This document shows, one piece after another, positions 9,639 to 19,949 of a stretch of DNA of 64,000 nucleotides. The notes beneath the pieces were generated by a model. That model had not been told where the DNA came from. It did not search any database and saw only the letters and a list, made by a program, of their open reading frames with translations. Every line of letters begins with the position of its first letter. Positions within the stretch are counted from its first letter, which is position 1. Source of the DNA: a virus; the IMG/VR virus record IMGVR_UViG_3300036715_002161, positions 1 through 64,000 of that record. The stretch is one strand, 5' to 3'. A program made the position numbers and the translations under genes.

Positions 9639-10352
9639 TTAGTCCCCTCTTCTATCCTTAACTGGCTTACCATGGTGCTCTTTATGCTTCCAGACGTCAA
9701 AAGGAAATAGCAAAATTTTCATAATAAAAGAAGGCTCCTTTTGGGTCAAGGTAATACCTGGCAAGTTTAAGTGGTCATGCTCTTTCCTATTCCTAAGTCT
9801 ATTTAATAGTTGGCCCCAAGTCATCAAAGACAGAGGCCAAAGTAAAATTATTGGTCCAGTCAAAAGCAGGGCCATCGACAATATTAATAAGTATATCAAG
9901 ATAGACATTCTCGTAGACATTTGTCCCAGGAGCCAGACTGACTCATTTAAATGAAGGCATAAAAGATCTGCAACTACAGTGATAAACCTGTAAGGTCTTT
10001 GGTTGGACTTATATCGTTTTATCAATATCCACTCGGGATCGGCCTCTCTTCTACCTAGATTTCTATGGTGGGCAAAGTGGAAGTCTCTATATTTCTGCCA
10101 GTCAATACCCATCATACCCATGCCTAGGAAATGGATTAGTCTTGGATTACCATCGACCAATTTATGGGCTGCCATATGACCTATTACCAAGAGTCCGTGC
10201 TGACAAAGGCCAACTACTACCCAGGCAGTGACCCAGGCCACAGGGTGGTTTATCCATAGGGCCAAAACCATTGTTGCTGCAATGATTAAATACTCTGCTC
10301 CTACTTTTAAGTAAGCATTATAAATGTAATCTGTCTTCAATTTAGTCTCCAA
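9639..10352 (-). CDS. Membrane fatty-acid desaturase-like protein
   Basis: His boxes HMAAH, HFAHH and HKEHH with hydrophobic segments. Confidence 0.8.
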   Translation of the reverse strand: METKLKTDYIYNAYLKVGAEYLIIAATMVLALWINHPVAWVTAWVVVGLCQHGLLVIGHMAAHKLVDGNPRLIHFLGMGMMGIDWQKYRDFHFAHHRNLGRREADPEWILIKRYKSNQRPYRFITVVADLLCLHLNESVWLLGQMSTRMSILIYLLILSMALLLTGPIILLWPLSLMTWGQLLNRLRNRKEHDHLNLPGITLTQKEPSFIMKILLFPFDVWKHKEHHGKPVKDRRGD

Positions 10353-10610
10353 ACATAAGTTTCATTATACTATTCCTTCCAGAAGTTTCCTCGCATCGTT
10401 ATAGGTAGTGAGTTCCAACATAACCAACGACATTACATTGGCCACAGTTGCCTCGATCCAAGTGTAGAAGCTCTTGGAAGTTCAAGCCAACCTTTACCTT
10501 TCTCTATTCGCATCGGTGTTGGTAAGGTATCTAACCCGGTCTGGTTACATATCAAGAGCGCATATTTTCCACGTTTGATTCCCATTACGATTATGTTATG
10601 ATTCAGCATC

Positions 10611-10814
10611 TCAGGATCCAATCCTCATCATACCACAATCATTGCAACCATAGGACATATTGTCGTCCCAGAGATTAGAACTGCCGCATTTCCAACATCT
10701 GCCAGTATAGTCTCCGGTCGGTTGACTATGTGGATTCTTTGGTGTGGTTTTTGGACTATCTTCAGGGATTTCATATCCATGTTTAACAGTTGGTGCATAT
10801 TCGTCATAAGTCAT
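10611..10814 (-). CDS. Small Zn-ribbon protein
   Basis: CWKC...CNDC; AGGAAG RBS. Confidence 0.55.
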   Translation of the reverse strand: MTYDEYAPTVKHGYEIPEDSPKTTPKNPHSQPTGDYTGRCWKCGSSNLWDDNMSYGCNDCGMMRIGS

Positions 10815-10907
10815 TTTGTCATCTTCCTAAGTAGGGACAGTTGTCCATCCCACGCCATAAACGGTCCGTCTATAGATCGTAATACCCCTTACGGGTTCAC
10901 CTATAGA

Positions 10908-11090
10908 TCATTTTACTAAACCCATTACTATACTAACTATACCCATAAAACAGAAGGAGAATACTACCCAGGGTAATAAGAGGGTGATACTCAAAAAGGC
11001 GGTTATTTGCCTGACCAATATAAATCTATTATTTTTGGTGAAATAGTATAATGGGAAAAGAATCATTTGTACCATATTTTCATAAGACAT
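10908..11090 (-). CDS. Small membrane protein
   Basis: Hydrophobic 60 aa; AGGAGG RBS. Confidence 0.55.
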   Translation of the reverse strand: MSYENMVQMILFPLYYFTKNNRFILVRQITAFLSITLLLPWVVFSFCFMGIVSIVMGLVK

Positions 11091-11152
11091 TTATTCCTCC
11101 TTTGGAATTTCTAATTATTACTTGTTTGGTCAAAGGTTTCCAGCTGGGAAAT

Positions 11153-11932
11153 TCATATGGCTACCTTGGCGCTTATTGCAGGATGGCTTTGATACGATTC
11201 CAAAGTAAAATCCTCAAATTTGAAATCATCTATACTCCTAACCTCTGGGTTGATCTTCATCTCTGGTAATGGATAAGGAGACCGGGTTAGTTGTAATTGG
11301 ATTTGTTCTTGGTGGTTGTCATAGATATGAGCATCTCCTATTGTATGTATGAATGAACCTGGCTTGAGTCCGGTGACCTGGGCTACCATCATTGTCAAAA
11401 GGGCATAGGAGGCTATGTTGAAGGGAGCGCCAAGTAGGGCGTCGAGCGATCTCTGGTACAGCTGACAACTTAGTTCTCCATCTTGTATATAGAACTGAAA
11501 AAAGGTGTGGCAAGGGGCTAAGGCCATCTTATCGAGATCAGACACATTCCAGGCAGACACAATTAACCGTCTGCTATTGGGATTAGTCTTAATCTCATTT
11601 ATAACCCAGGCCAATTGATCAAAGCCATTCCAATTGCGCCATTGTGCTCCGTAAACTGGGCCAAGGTCACCGTTTTCGTCTGCCCATTCATTCCAAATCC
11701 TTACCCCATTATTAGTAAGGTACTTGGTATTGGTATCACCACTTATTATCCAGAGAAGCTCTAGTATAATGGATTTGAGATGGACTTTCTTGGTAGTAAC
11801 CAAAGGAAATCCGTCGGCTAGGTTAAACCTCATCTGATATCCAAAAATAGAAGTAGTCCCAGTCCCGGTCCTATCTCCCTTTTTCTTACCCTTGTCTACA
11901 ATTTCTTGTAGTAGATCTAAATACTGTTTCAT
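11153..11932 (-). CDS. thyA: Thymidylate synthase (classical)
   Basis: [40 protein letters not shown]. Confidence 0.97.
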   Translation of the reverse strand: MKQYLDLLQEIVDKGKKKGDRTGTGTTSIFGYQMRFNLADGFPLVTTKKVHLKSIILELLWIISGDTNTKYLTNNGVRIWNEWADENGDLGPVYGAQWRNWNGFDQLAWVINEIKTNPNSRRLIVSAWNVSDLDKMALAPCHTFFQFYIQDGELSCQLYQRSLDALLGAPFNIASYALLTMMVAQVTGLKPGSFIHTIGDAHIYDNHQEQIQLQLTRSPYPLPEMKINPEVRSIDDFKFEDFTLESYQSHPAISAKVAI

Positions 11933-11948
11933 TTTAATTTTCCAATAT

Positions 11949-11978
11949 TAAAAAAGTCCTGGGAGACTTCCCAGGACC
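11949..11978 (-). terminator. Intrinsic terminator
   Basis: GTCCTGGGA/TCCCAGGAC stem plus an A6 run. Confidence 0.7.
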
Positions 11979-11983
11979 TTTAC

Positions 11984-12676
11984 TTAGGCCAAATCTACAA
12001 GCTTATTACGGATGTCGGTCATTAAACCATTAACCCATATCAAGCCTGGGTGATGCCTTACTGGGGTCTGATGCTTGTGACTTATCTTACCGGTAATCAG
12101 CAAGACATGATCCGCCCGTTTGGCCAATAACCCAAGAGTACTAACGGGTTGGTTGACTTCATAAAAGCCTAGGTTAAAGTCTTTACCAAACTCCGTCTTT
12201 ATCATTTTTTCCTGGCCTGGTAACAGACCGGCTACTACAACCCGTTTCAGTTTAGCCCGTTCAGGATTCTTGGCCATAGGAGACTCGAAGTACATATTCT
12301 CCAAAAGGAGGGCCATACGATCTTCTACTACCTCTTCTATTTCCTCTCGGATTATAAGCCCTAAATAGGTCAGGGCTTGTTCCATTTTCGAAGGTTCTTG
12401 GTGAACTTCTACAGGAGGTTGAGAAATGGCCGCAATAACCCTGGAAGTCAAGGTGTCTGGCAAAGGGTTTATTCTAACCCTGTATTCAAACATGGCCCTG
12501 AAAGGAGACCCCGGCGAAACCCTCTTTTGTCGATCAAGCTTCTTGTCCCTGTACAGCTGGGATAGGTGGCTAGAGATAGCCTCGATTTCCACTTGAGTCT
12601 TACCATTAAAATCCTTACAGGTATACCATCTACCAGGTTCCATAACCTTATAAACTTGTACTTTAGTCATTTTCAT
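11984..12676 (-). CDS. Hypothetical protein, possible N-terminal winged helix
   Basis: 230-aa ORF with an AGGAG RBS; fold is a guess. Confidence 0.6.
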   Translation of the reverse strand: MKMTKVQVYKVMEPGRWYTCKDFNGKTQVEIEAISSHLSQLYRDKKLDRQKRVSPGSPFRAMFEYRVRINPLPDTLTSRVIAAISQPPVEVHQEPSKMEQALTYLGLIIREEIEEVVEDRMALLLENMYFESPMAKNPERAKLKRVVVAGLLPGQEKMIKTEFGKDFNLGFYEVNQPVSTLGLLAKRADHVLLITGKISHKHQTPVRHHPGLIWVNGLMTDIRNKLVDLA

Positions 12677-12854
12677 TGCATACTCCTTTATTAGAAATAT
12701 AACCTCTAAGAAAATCTACGAACGATCCTTTGAGGGCTTCTGCTTGATCCATGCCACATTCTACTGCCAGCCTCCGGAGTTCTTTTTTTACATCTCGGCA
12801 CTTGGCTTGGTAGACTTCGAATTCTATCAGTTTTTCTATAACTTGAACTCTCAT
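12663..12854 (-). CDS. Hypothetical protein
   Basis: ORF overlaps the start of the next gene in the - strand operon. Confidence 0.5.
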   Translation of the reverse strand: MRVQVIEKLIEFEVYQAKCRDVKKELRRLAVECGMDQAEALKGSFVDFLRGYISNKGVCNEND

Positions 12855-12974
12855 CTTCCAAACCTGGCCTTTCTTTCTCTGGTTCTTCTATGGAAAACCC
12901 TTGGGATCTCCGTGGGATCTTTGAAACCAATCAGTAGAAATACCAACGTGGAGATTCCCCAGATCAATAACAGG

Positions 12975-13157
12975 CTATGTACCATATACTATTTCCCCCG
13001 TTTCAGAATTATATACATTCCATTGTTCCTGGGTTTGATCCTCAAACTTCTGGGCCGATTCTATGGCCTTATCCTTGGATTGAAACTCCCAAGGAATACC
13101 GGCCATACATAAAGGCTGTCCAGTATACGGTATCACCTTTCTATTCACATGAAACAT
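12975..13157 (-). CDS. Hypothetical protein
   Basis: AAGGA RBS directly downstream of an early promoter. Confidence 0.55.
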   Translation of the reverse strand: MFHVNRKVIPYTGQPLCMAGIPWEFQSKDKAIESAQKFEDQTQEQWNVYNSETGEIVYGT

Positions 13158-13197
13158 ACTAATTCCTTTATAAACAGAGAAATGTTTCTCTACTATT

Positions 13198-13226
13198 GTT
13201 ATACCAAAATAAGTGTATTTTGACTA
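13198..13226 (-). promoter_or_regulatory. Early sigma70-like promoter
   Basis: TAGTCA-N17-TATAAC with an extended TG and an AT-rich upstream tract. Confidence 0.75.
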
Positions 13227-13247
13227 AAAAAATAAAGGACAAGGTTT

Positions 13248-13275
13248 AAAAAACAGGGCTCTGAATTGAGCCCTG
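13248..13275 (-). terminator. Intrinsic terminator
   Basis: CAGGGCTC/GAGCCCTG plus T6; covaries with the copy at 42531-42558. Confidence 0.85.
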
Positions 13276-13281
13276 CTGTTG

Positions 13282-13581
13282 TTACATAGCTCCGACCGTG
13301 TGGTCATCAAGCGATGCTTGGTCCTCAACCTCCCGTGTTTCTTTAACACGTTTGTAGGTCAAGTATACACTGGTAGAAACCATCAATCCAAGCAGGTACA
13401 GGTACCAGTTGGACTTGAAGTGATTCAAGACCTTAGATGTAAAACCTTCTTCTTGGGTGGCCTTGGCCAACATACCCTCAGCCTCTTTACGAAGGGCCTC
13501 AATTTCGTCAGGGCTGCGGCCAGCTTCTCTGGCAGCTTCCATCAGTTTTTCAACGGCTTGGTCTTTTGTAGTTGCATTCAT
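13282..13581 (-). CDS. Small membrane protein, paralog of 42565..42750
   Basis: Shared FTSKVL.H.KSN and DDHTVGAM; one TM segment; AAGGAG RBS. Confidence 0.75.
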   Translation of the reverse strand: MNATTKDQAVEKLMEAAREAGRSPDEIEALRKEAEGMLAKATQEEGFTSKVLNHFKSNWYLYLLGLMVSTSVYLTYKRVKETREVEDQASLDDHTVGAM

Positions 13582-13677
13582 TTGTAATACTCCTTAGATT
13601 ATATTTGGACAAACGGTATGTTTTATCCTACTATTGTTATACCAAGATATGATACCAATATCTAATTATTTAGGGTT

Positions 13678-13684
13678 TAAAATA
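13678..13684 (+). promoter_or_regulatory. Putative late promoter TAAAATA
   Basis: Recurs at 16380, 26057, 29095, 32366, 55672 and 59527, upstream of + strand units. Confidence 0.55.
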
Positions 13685-13688
13685 TAGA

Positions 13689-15521
13689 ATGACTATCACT
13701 ACTCCAGGATCTTTGGCCATCAAGGCCTCCTTACCAACTCAAAAGTCTAGAGATGTCTATGACCTGGCCCAGCCATTGGACAAGCATGGCATCTCCAATC
13801 TAATTAATAACCTACTGGAAAACGGTGGTCCAGAAGCTCATAATACCATCAATACTCTTACCAAGAAATTCTTCGATACAGCTACTGAAATCGGTGCCAC
13901 AACCCCCCTTGAGGCATATACAAACGAGTCCGATGAAAGACAAGCCACCCTCAAAGAATTTGAATTTAAGGTCAATCAAATACTGGCCAGTAAGCAGACC
14001 AAACAAGAGCAGGCAGCTGCCTTGGGTAAACTTGCAGGAGAATATCAGGGTAGAATAAGTAAGCAGAACTTACAGTACATGTTGGGCAAAGGATCTGTAG
14101 TGGCCCAAATGTCCAATGTAGGAGCACGAGCCACAACTGGTCAGTTGGCCCAGGCTACATACTCCCCCCTGATGGCAGCCGACATCAAGGGTAATCCAAT
14201 TCCAGTAGTAGTAAAACATAGTTTTGCCGAAGGGCTTACTACTGCCGAGCATTTAGCAATGGCCTATTCTGGTAGGGCCAGTACCGTCTTGGCCCAATTG
14301 GCCACCCAGTATCCTGGTGCCTTGTTTAAAAAACTAACTCCTTCTGTTTTTCACGAGGTGATTACCGTCAAAGACTGTGGAACGAAGAACGGTGTTCAAA
14401 TTCCTACCTCAGACAAACTAGCCTCAGTAGGCAAATTTGAGGCCAAGACCAATAAGTTAGTAGACTTAGAGTATCTAAAGAGCAAAATCAATGACGGCCA
14501 AAAATTCTTGCTCCTTAGAAGTAGTCTAACCTGTGAGGCCAAACAAGGACTATGTCAAATGTGTTACGGCCTGGCAGCCAACGGTAGACCTCCAGAAATA
14601 GGCACCAACCCAGGTATTATTGCAGCTCAGAGTATTTCTGAAGTCTTGACCCAGGCAATGTTATCGGTCAAACATACTGGTAGTGGAGCTGGTGCCCGTA
14701 GAAATGCCTATGAGTCGGCTGCTAATCTTCTAAATAACCCAAGACAGAACTTCCAAGACGAAGCCACCCTTTCCACCCTAAACGGCAAAGTTACGGACAT
14801 TAAAAAAACTGCTCTGAATGACACCAATATTTCAGTAAATGGTATTCAGCACTTCGTTGACCGTCATGAAACCCCATTGGTTTCTGTGGGCCAGAAGGTA
14901 AGACTGGGAGACGTTCTCTCTACTGGCGTTACCAACCCTAGACAGTTGGTAGATCTAAAAGGAGCCGGGGCAGGTAGAATCTCTTTGTCTAACCAACTAA
15001 GGGAAGTCTATTCTAGTGGGTCTGGTAAAGGATTGGATCCACGACACTTTGATGTCATTTCTAGAAACATGATCAAGCACGTAGTAGTCCAAGACCCGGG
15101 TCTTAGCGGACTCTTGGTTGGTGACACAGTGGATATTGGTAGTCTGAACCAGCACCTTGCAGAAAACTCCAAAGAAATTGCAGTGGATCAGGCCTTAGGA
15201 AAATCATTGGCCAAAGGTTCTCTAGAACTTACTCCTGGAACAATCCTGGGGCAGAATCATCTGGATTATCTTAAAGATGAAGGAGTCAAGTTGGTTTCAG
15301 TTTCAACAGATAACCTTAAGGTCAAACCTATTGTCCCCGGGCTTCAGACAAATAAGCTATTGGATAAAAACTGGGTTTCTAAATTGGCCTTTAACCATCT
15401 GTCAAAGACAATTCAAGAGGCTGCCTTCTTTAATCATAAATCACCGATACACTCTACAGAGCCTATTACTAGCTATGTAATGGGTAATGAATTTGGAGAT
15501 GGTACTGATGGGAAATACTAG
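13689..15521 (+). CDS. RNA polymerase beta' C-terminal fragment
   Basis: SFAEGLT, DCGT, Zn site LTCEAKQGLCQMCYG, trigger-loop region GIIAAQSISEVLTQAMLSVKHTG, RHFDVI. Confidence 0.92.
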   Translation: MTITTPGSLAIKASLPTQKSRDVYDLAQPLDKHGISNLINNLLENGGPEAHNTINTLTKKFFDTATEIGATTPLEAYTNESDERQATLKEFEFKVNQILASKQTKQEQAAALGKLAGEYQGRISKQNLQYMLGKGSVVAQMSNVGARATTGQLAQATYSPLMAADIKGNPIPVVVKHSFAEGLTTAEHLAMAYSGRASTVLAQLATQYPGALFKKLTPSVFHEVITVKDCGTKNGVQIPTSDKLASVGKFEAKTNKLVDLEYLKSKINDGQKFLLLRSSLTCEAKQGLCQMCYGLAANGRPPEIGTNPGIIAAQSISEVLTQAMLSVKHTGSGAGARRNAYESAANLLNNPRQNFQDEATLSTLNGKVTDIKKTALNDTNISVNGIQHFVDRHETPLVSVGQKVRLGDVLSTGVTNPRQLVDLKGAGAGRISLSNQLREVYSSGSGKGLDPRHFDVISRNMIKHVVVQDPGLSGLLVGDTVDIGSLNQHLAENSKEIAVDQALGKSLAKGSLELTPGTILGQNHLDYLKDEGVKLVSVSTDNLKVKPIVPGLQTNKLLDKNWVSKLAFNHLSKTIQEAAFFNHKSPIHSTEPITSYVMGNEFGDGTDGKY

Positions 15522-16377
15522 TGTTTCCTCGGCCAGGTATAACAAAGTCCAACACTATGCGGTAATTACTCAAAATCTGTTAAAACAATATTTTCCAGAC
15601 CTAGCCCGTATTCCTGACATTGTCTATATTGCCATGGCAATATGGGGACATGAAAGTAGTTTCAATATGTCCTGGAGTAATACTAAATTCTGGGGAGAGA
15701 ACTCTGGCCTCAATGGTAGTAGTTCTATCCATCCAGGGGTAACTCCTTCTAATTTTGGATCACTTATCCCCCAGTATATGAATAGCCCAGCCATTAGGAG
15801 CTTGATTTCTAACGGGTCCACCCCTTCACAAGTACTTATAAATATCAATCAAGGCAGGGCTGCCCACGGGGCCTCTGGGGTAATGGGATGTTACTGTGTA
15901 AAAAACACCGGCCCTAATATAGATATGTTTGGGCACAGCTATTACCGAAAAGTTATCACAGACCTTGGTTTAGAAGTCAATCCTGGGGAAAGTATAATAG
16001 CACTATTTCCTGATAATGATACGGGGTTAACCAGGTCCATTGCAGCTGGATTACTAGTTTTAGATTCTAAATATAAAATTTATCGTAGACACAAAAGATC
16101 GGTCCATGATTCTATAGTCGCAGCCACTATAGCCTATGTTGGTAGGGGAGCGGATATTAATGGATATATCGCCAGTAATAGGGCTATTGATGTAAATAGT
16201 AAAACTGATGGTATTGCCATACTATTGGCCAACTCTAACATAACTAAATCTGGACTAGATGCCTTCAATCAAGTGGCGAACTATAGTGATTCCTTAAAAC
16301 CCGTAGAGGCTGACAGCAAACAGACTACGGTGGCCGCAACAAACAGCACACCTAAAGGGACAATAGGCTGTTCCTAG
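15487..16377 (+). CDS. Putative lysozyme-like/lytic transglycosylase protein
   Basis: AIWGHESSFN and AHGASGVM resemble SLT motifs I and II. Confidence 0.5.
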   Translation: MNLEMVLMGNTSVSSARYNKVQHYAVITQNLLKQYFPDLARIPDIVYIAMAIWGHESSFNMSWSNTKFWGENSGLNGSSSIHPGVTPSNFGSLIPQYMNSPAIRSLISNGSTPSQVLININQGRAAHGASGVMGCYCVKNTGPNIDMFGHSYYRKVITDLGLEVNPGESIIALFPDNDTGLTRSIAAGLLVLDSKYKIYRRHKRSVHDSIVAATIAYVGRGADINGYIASNRAIDVNSKTDGIAILLANSNITKSGLDAFNQVANYSDSLKPVEADSKQTTVAATNSTPKGTIGCS

Positions 16378-16416
16378 GTTAAAATAAGTCTATAATCTTT
16401 TGGACCCTATATTAAT

Positions 16417-18252
16417 ATGGACTTTTCAGCGCAGGCAATTACCAAAATTCTCCAGCTATTTCCCAAGCTTTCTCAATTCATTGTGTCCTTTAAGGACATT
16501 ACTGAGGAAATGAATCGGGAAGGTGACGACACCCAGGCAGGAGTCTGTGTTGTGTCTTTTGGTGGTCAGATGTATTTCATTCCTGTGGTGGCTAAGGCAG
16601 GCGTCGTTCAACCTATTGACTCAATCTTTAACCCGGCTGCCTCAGAATTTCTACCCATGACAAAAGGTTTTGTAGAGAACTTGACCGAAACCCAGTCCTT
16701 GAACCAAATGGGTAAATCTACCAAGATTCCCCAGACAGTAATACAAAATCCAAGCCTACATAACCTGGTGGTACCTCCACGAACAGGTAAGGTGGCATAC
16801 GCCTCTACAGGTAGATTTATTGATCTCCTGGCCTCAAGCTCTAATATGGTCAAGAAGGCCTTTACTGAAGTCCTTAGAAACAATTCTGAAATGGCCAACG
16901 GGCTAGACAGTCACTTTGACATCAGTTCTATTGTTCAAGCCTTGAAAAGTAAAGTGGAATCTGAAACTGGTACAACTCCAGAAGTAAAGGTCATGGTAAT
17001 TACTGGTGGAGACAACCTGTCTGAGCCTGAGATTCAAAGTATCCTGGACAAAGGGTATGCAGTCCGTGGTAAACAAACCAATCCACGAATTGTGGTAGAT
17101 GCCTGCCTATCTGGGGCTGTCAGACAACTGGGGGCACTAGACTCAAATATGACCTTCGAGATTGTCTTGAAGTCAGGAGAAACCCGTCAAGGTACGGTAA
17201 TGAAACAAACCTTACCTACCGATGGCACCGCCAATCCGTTATTTGTCTTATTTTCTAATGGAGATTTTTCTACTACACATAAATCAGTAGGGGCCGGTCA
17301 GGGAGTTCAAGGGCATTCTGTTCTTAAGCAAGTGTTCCAAAACTGTCCTCCTATGGTTCCTAGTCAGGTATTGGGCGGCACCAAGGTAATGATTTTGACT
17401 CCATGTCTAGAAATGGCTGGAGCCTTTAGAGTCAATCGGGCTATGGCCTCCTCTATAGGTATAACATTATACTGTAGATCTTTAGTCACTGACCAGCCTA
17501 TGACCATCAATGCCTATGCAAACTGTACCAATATTACTAAAATTAGCGACGATGAGGTAATCATTCCAGCTGATACCTTGATGGTAGAACTAGGCAAAGA
17601 CATTTATTGTGAACTGGAATGTAATCCAAATACGGCCCAGATGAAAATCCAAATGGCTAGTATGATGCATCTAGGTGACCATGGTGTCATCAGTCATGAC
17701 GGAGTTGAGTTTACCTTTAATAACAAGCCTGTGGCCTCTGCCGCCTCAATGATTGGTAATTTGATTGATCTAGGCATTGACCCTGATATGGCCGAATCCT
17801 TCATGGAAAAAGCTAGGATCAGAAAACAGTTTAAGTTTTTGATGTCTAAAAAGGCCGACTTCAGTACTGGAGATATTCCTACCTTTGGAGAGTTTCCAGG
17901 AGATCCCTCTAACGATTATTCCTTTGGCCCAAGCATGGTTGGTAATACTAACCAGTCCTTCAGTACCAACGATGACCAGACAATCGAAGCCACCTTGTTG
18001 GCCGAGCTATTACAGGCTCCTGATATGAATGAGTATGTGTCAGAATACTTGCCAGACATTAAAACAAGCATAGACCGGTTAGGTAGACTGCTACTACTTT
18101 ACCGGCTGAACATGTCCAAAATGTTTAATGGTAGTAATGCTTCTGAGATTTTGGCCCTGGTTGGTTCACTTAGAAACGTGTATAGATCTTTGGGCGATGC
18201 CTACTTGAAGCTGAGTAGACTTGCATCAGAGCCTAATGAACCCAAAGAATAA
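16417..18252 (+). CDS. Hypothetical head-operon protein
   Basis: 611-aa ORF at the start of the structural operon; K-x-A motifs (GKVA, VKKA, SKKA). Confidence 0.65.
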   Translation: MDFSAQAITKILQLFPKLSQFIVSFKDITEEMNREGDDTQAGVCVVSFGGQMYFIPVVAKAGVVQPIDSIFNPAASEFLPMTKGFVENLTETQSLNQMGKSTKIPQTVIQNPSLHNLVVPPRTGKVAYASTGRFIDLLASSSNMVKKAFTEVLRNNSEMANGLDSHFDISSIVQALKSKVESETGTTPEVKVMVITGGDNLSEPEIQSILDKGYAVRGKQTNPRIVVDACLSGAVRQLGALDSNMTFEIVLKSGETRQGTVMKQTLPTDGTANPLFVLFSNGDFSTTHKSVGAGQGVQGHSVLKQVFQNCPPMVPSQVLGGTKVMILTPCLEMAGAFRVNRAMASSIGITLYCRSLVTDQPMTINAYANCTNITKISDDEVIIPADTLMVELGKDIYCELECNPNTAQMKIQMASMMHLGDHGVISHDGVEFTFNNKPVASAASMIGNLIDLGIDPDMAESFMEKARIRKQFKFLMSKKADFSTGDIPTFGEFPGDPSNDYSFGPSMVGNTNQSFSTNDDQTIEATLLAELLQAPDMNEYVSEYLPDIKTSIDRLGRLLLLYRLNMSKMFNGSNASEILALVGSLRNVYRSLGDAYLKLSRLASEPNEPKE

Positions 18253-18898
18253 GTTTAATCTTACGGTCGATGCCATTAAAGGTTTGGACTCTAGGGTGGA
18301 CTCTATTCTGGAAAATCCAGATGGGGTATTAGGATTACAGTTCAAAGAAGCAAAGGCAGCCTACAACAATCCACTTAAAAAACGATATATAGAAGCCAGT
18401 CTAATCTGTAGCCAGGACTTTGAAAAGATTGCCGAAGTCTTGGAAGTAGACTTGGAGGTATTAAAAGTTTATTCTGAGTTCTTTTTTAGCATAACATCTT
18501 GGGATAGACTGACTAAAATAGATCATATAGACCGAGTTTCTGAAGTAGACCTGGCCGAGGGTAGTCTCAAAAGATGGGCCTTGAATCATGGGCTTGATTT
18601 TATATCCTGGAGACTAGGTAAGACGGCAGAGATTAGTCCTGTTACTGGACTGCAAGACCTGTTTAACATTTGCCTTTTTAAATCCAAAGAGGCAATGTAC
18701 AATTCCTCTACTAGTGAGACCGGTAAGGAAAGTGTTAAATGGGTCAAGCTGAGTACTGACATTTCTAGACTGTTGAAACTTTGGGTGATGGACTCCAATG
18801 CCGCCAGAAAAGACTTAGAAATTGCAATACGAGAAGTACTACCGGAGTTTGATGGTTTGGACTCCATACTAGAAGAGAATTTAGGCAATGACAATTGA
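18236..18898 (+). CDS. Hypothetical protein
   Basis: Long ORF overlapping both neighbours in the operon. Confidence 0.65.
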   Translation: MNPKNKFNLTVDAIKGLDSRVDSILENPDGVLGLQFKEAKAAYNNPLKKRYIEASLICSQDFEKIAEVLEVDLEVLKVYSEFFFSITSWDRLTKIDHIDRVSEVDLAEGSLKRWALNHGLDFISWRLGKTAEISPVTGLQDLFNICLFKSKEAMYNSSTSETGKESVKWVKLSTDISRLLKLWVMDSNAARKDLEIAIREVLPEFDGLDSILEENLGNDN

Positions 18899-19934
18899 TT
18901 TAACACCATCCCTTTTACAGGCAATGTCCGTAAGAGCAGTAACCTCATTTATGAGCAAAGAAGCCTCTTTGACCGAGGCAGTAGCTTACGAAGCAAAGGC
19001 ATCTGAACTTAATCCGGAGCAGACTAAGAGACTTATCGAGGCCTCTAACTCCATTGCCTACCTTAGACAGTTACAAGACAATACTGACCGGACTTTTGAG
19101 TTTCCTGTCTGTAGGTATGAAGACGTACTAAATCATATGATTACTCCAGGAGTGCATGTTCCTAGGGATGCTATAGTACCAGAAGTAATTTCCCCACTTA
19201 GTAAAGTTGCCACTTGGAGCAGCTGTCTGACAGAGCATGAAAAGCTTGCAATGATTTCTAAAGAAGTTATTAGTCAGAAGAGCTACTTGACCAAGCTTTC
19301 CTATGATAAAGAAGAATGTTTTTATAAGATCAATTCAGCAGTAAAAGGTCTGGCCTCTGAAAAGAACCTTATGAGTAAAGTGGCCTATGTAACCAAAGAC
19401 AGCCCAGATGACCTGGCTAGACTTAGGGGTCTTTTGGGTCTTACAAAGTCGGCCTCAGAAAAAGTGTTGTTCAGAGACGCTGATCTTGTCCGGGTTGAAA
19501 AATTGTATGGCTTATTGAAACAGGCCGAAGCCTTGGTGACAGAATATAACTCAGTATCTGCCTCAGTAGGTCGGGCAACAAATGCCCTTGAAAAAACTGC
19601 CGTCTTTGGGTTTGTAGGAGGCCTGATTGGTAAGGGTATAAAAGGGGTTTCTAACCTGGCCGTCAATACTGCCAAAAATATGTCAGCTACTAGTAAGGGT
19701 TTGGACCACATGGTGGGTAAGGTCGGTATACCTAATAGGGAGGCTGCCATCTCCCAATATACAAGTGATGCCGGGATGTATGGAAAAGATGCGGCAGAGG
19801 CCAAACATGGATTTAAACTTACCACAGCCGGGAAACTTGGAGTAGGTGGTATTGTATCGGCCACTGCTGGATTGTCGTTGGCCAAAAAAGAAGATAGCGT
19901 CTGGACCAAACTACATCCAGACACAGGGAATTAA
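18888..19934 (+). CDS. Putative head/internal virion protein
   Basis: Many K-x-A motifs (SKEA, SKVA, EKLA, TKSA, EKTA); Gly-rich C-terminus. Confidence 0.65.
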   Translation: MTIDLTPSLLQAMSVRAVTSFMSKEASLTEAVAYEAKASELNPEQTKRLIEASNSIAYLRQLQDNTDRTFEFPVCRYEDVLNHMITPGVHVPRDAIVPEVISPLSKVATWSSCLTEHEKLAMISKEVISQKSYLTKLSYDKEECFYKINSAVKGLASEKNLMSKVAYVTKDSPDDLARLRGLLGLTKSASEKVLFRDADLVRVEKLYGLLKQAEALVTEYNSVSASVGRATNALEKTAVFGFVGGLIGKGIKGVSNLAVNTAKNMSATSKGLDHMVGKVGIPNREAAISQYTSDAGMYGKDAAEAKHGFKLTTAGKLGVGGIVSATAGLSLAKKEDSVWTKLHPDTGN

Positions 19935-19949
19935 AAAGGAACTTAAGAA

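Larger units (their letters stand above)
13186..13648 (-). repeat. Promoter-ORF-terminator-promoter module, copy 1 (copy 2 at 42455-42846)
   Basis: Near-identical flanks CTACTATTGTTATACCAAAATAAGTGTA.TTTGACTAAAAAA and CATTTGTAATACTCCTTA..TTATATTTGGACAAACGGTATG. Confidence 0.9.
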
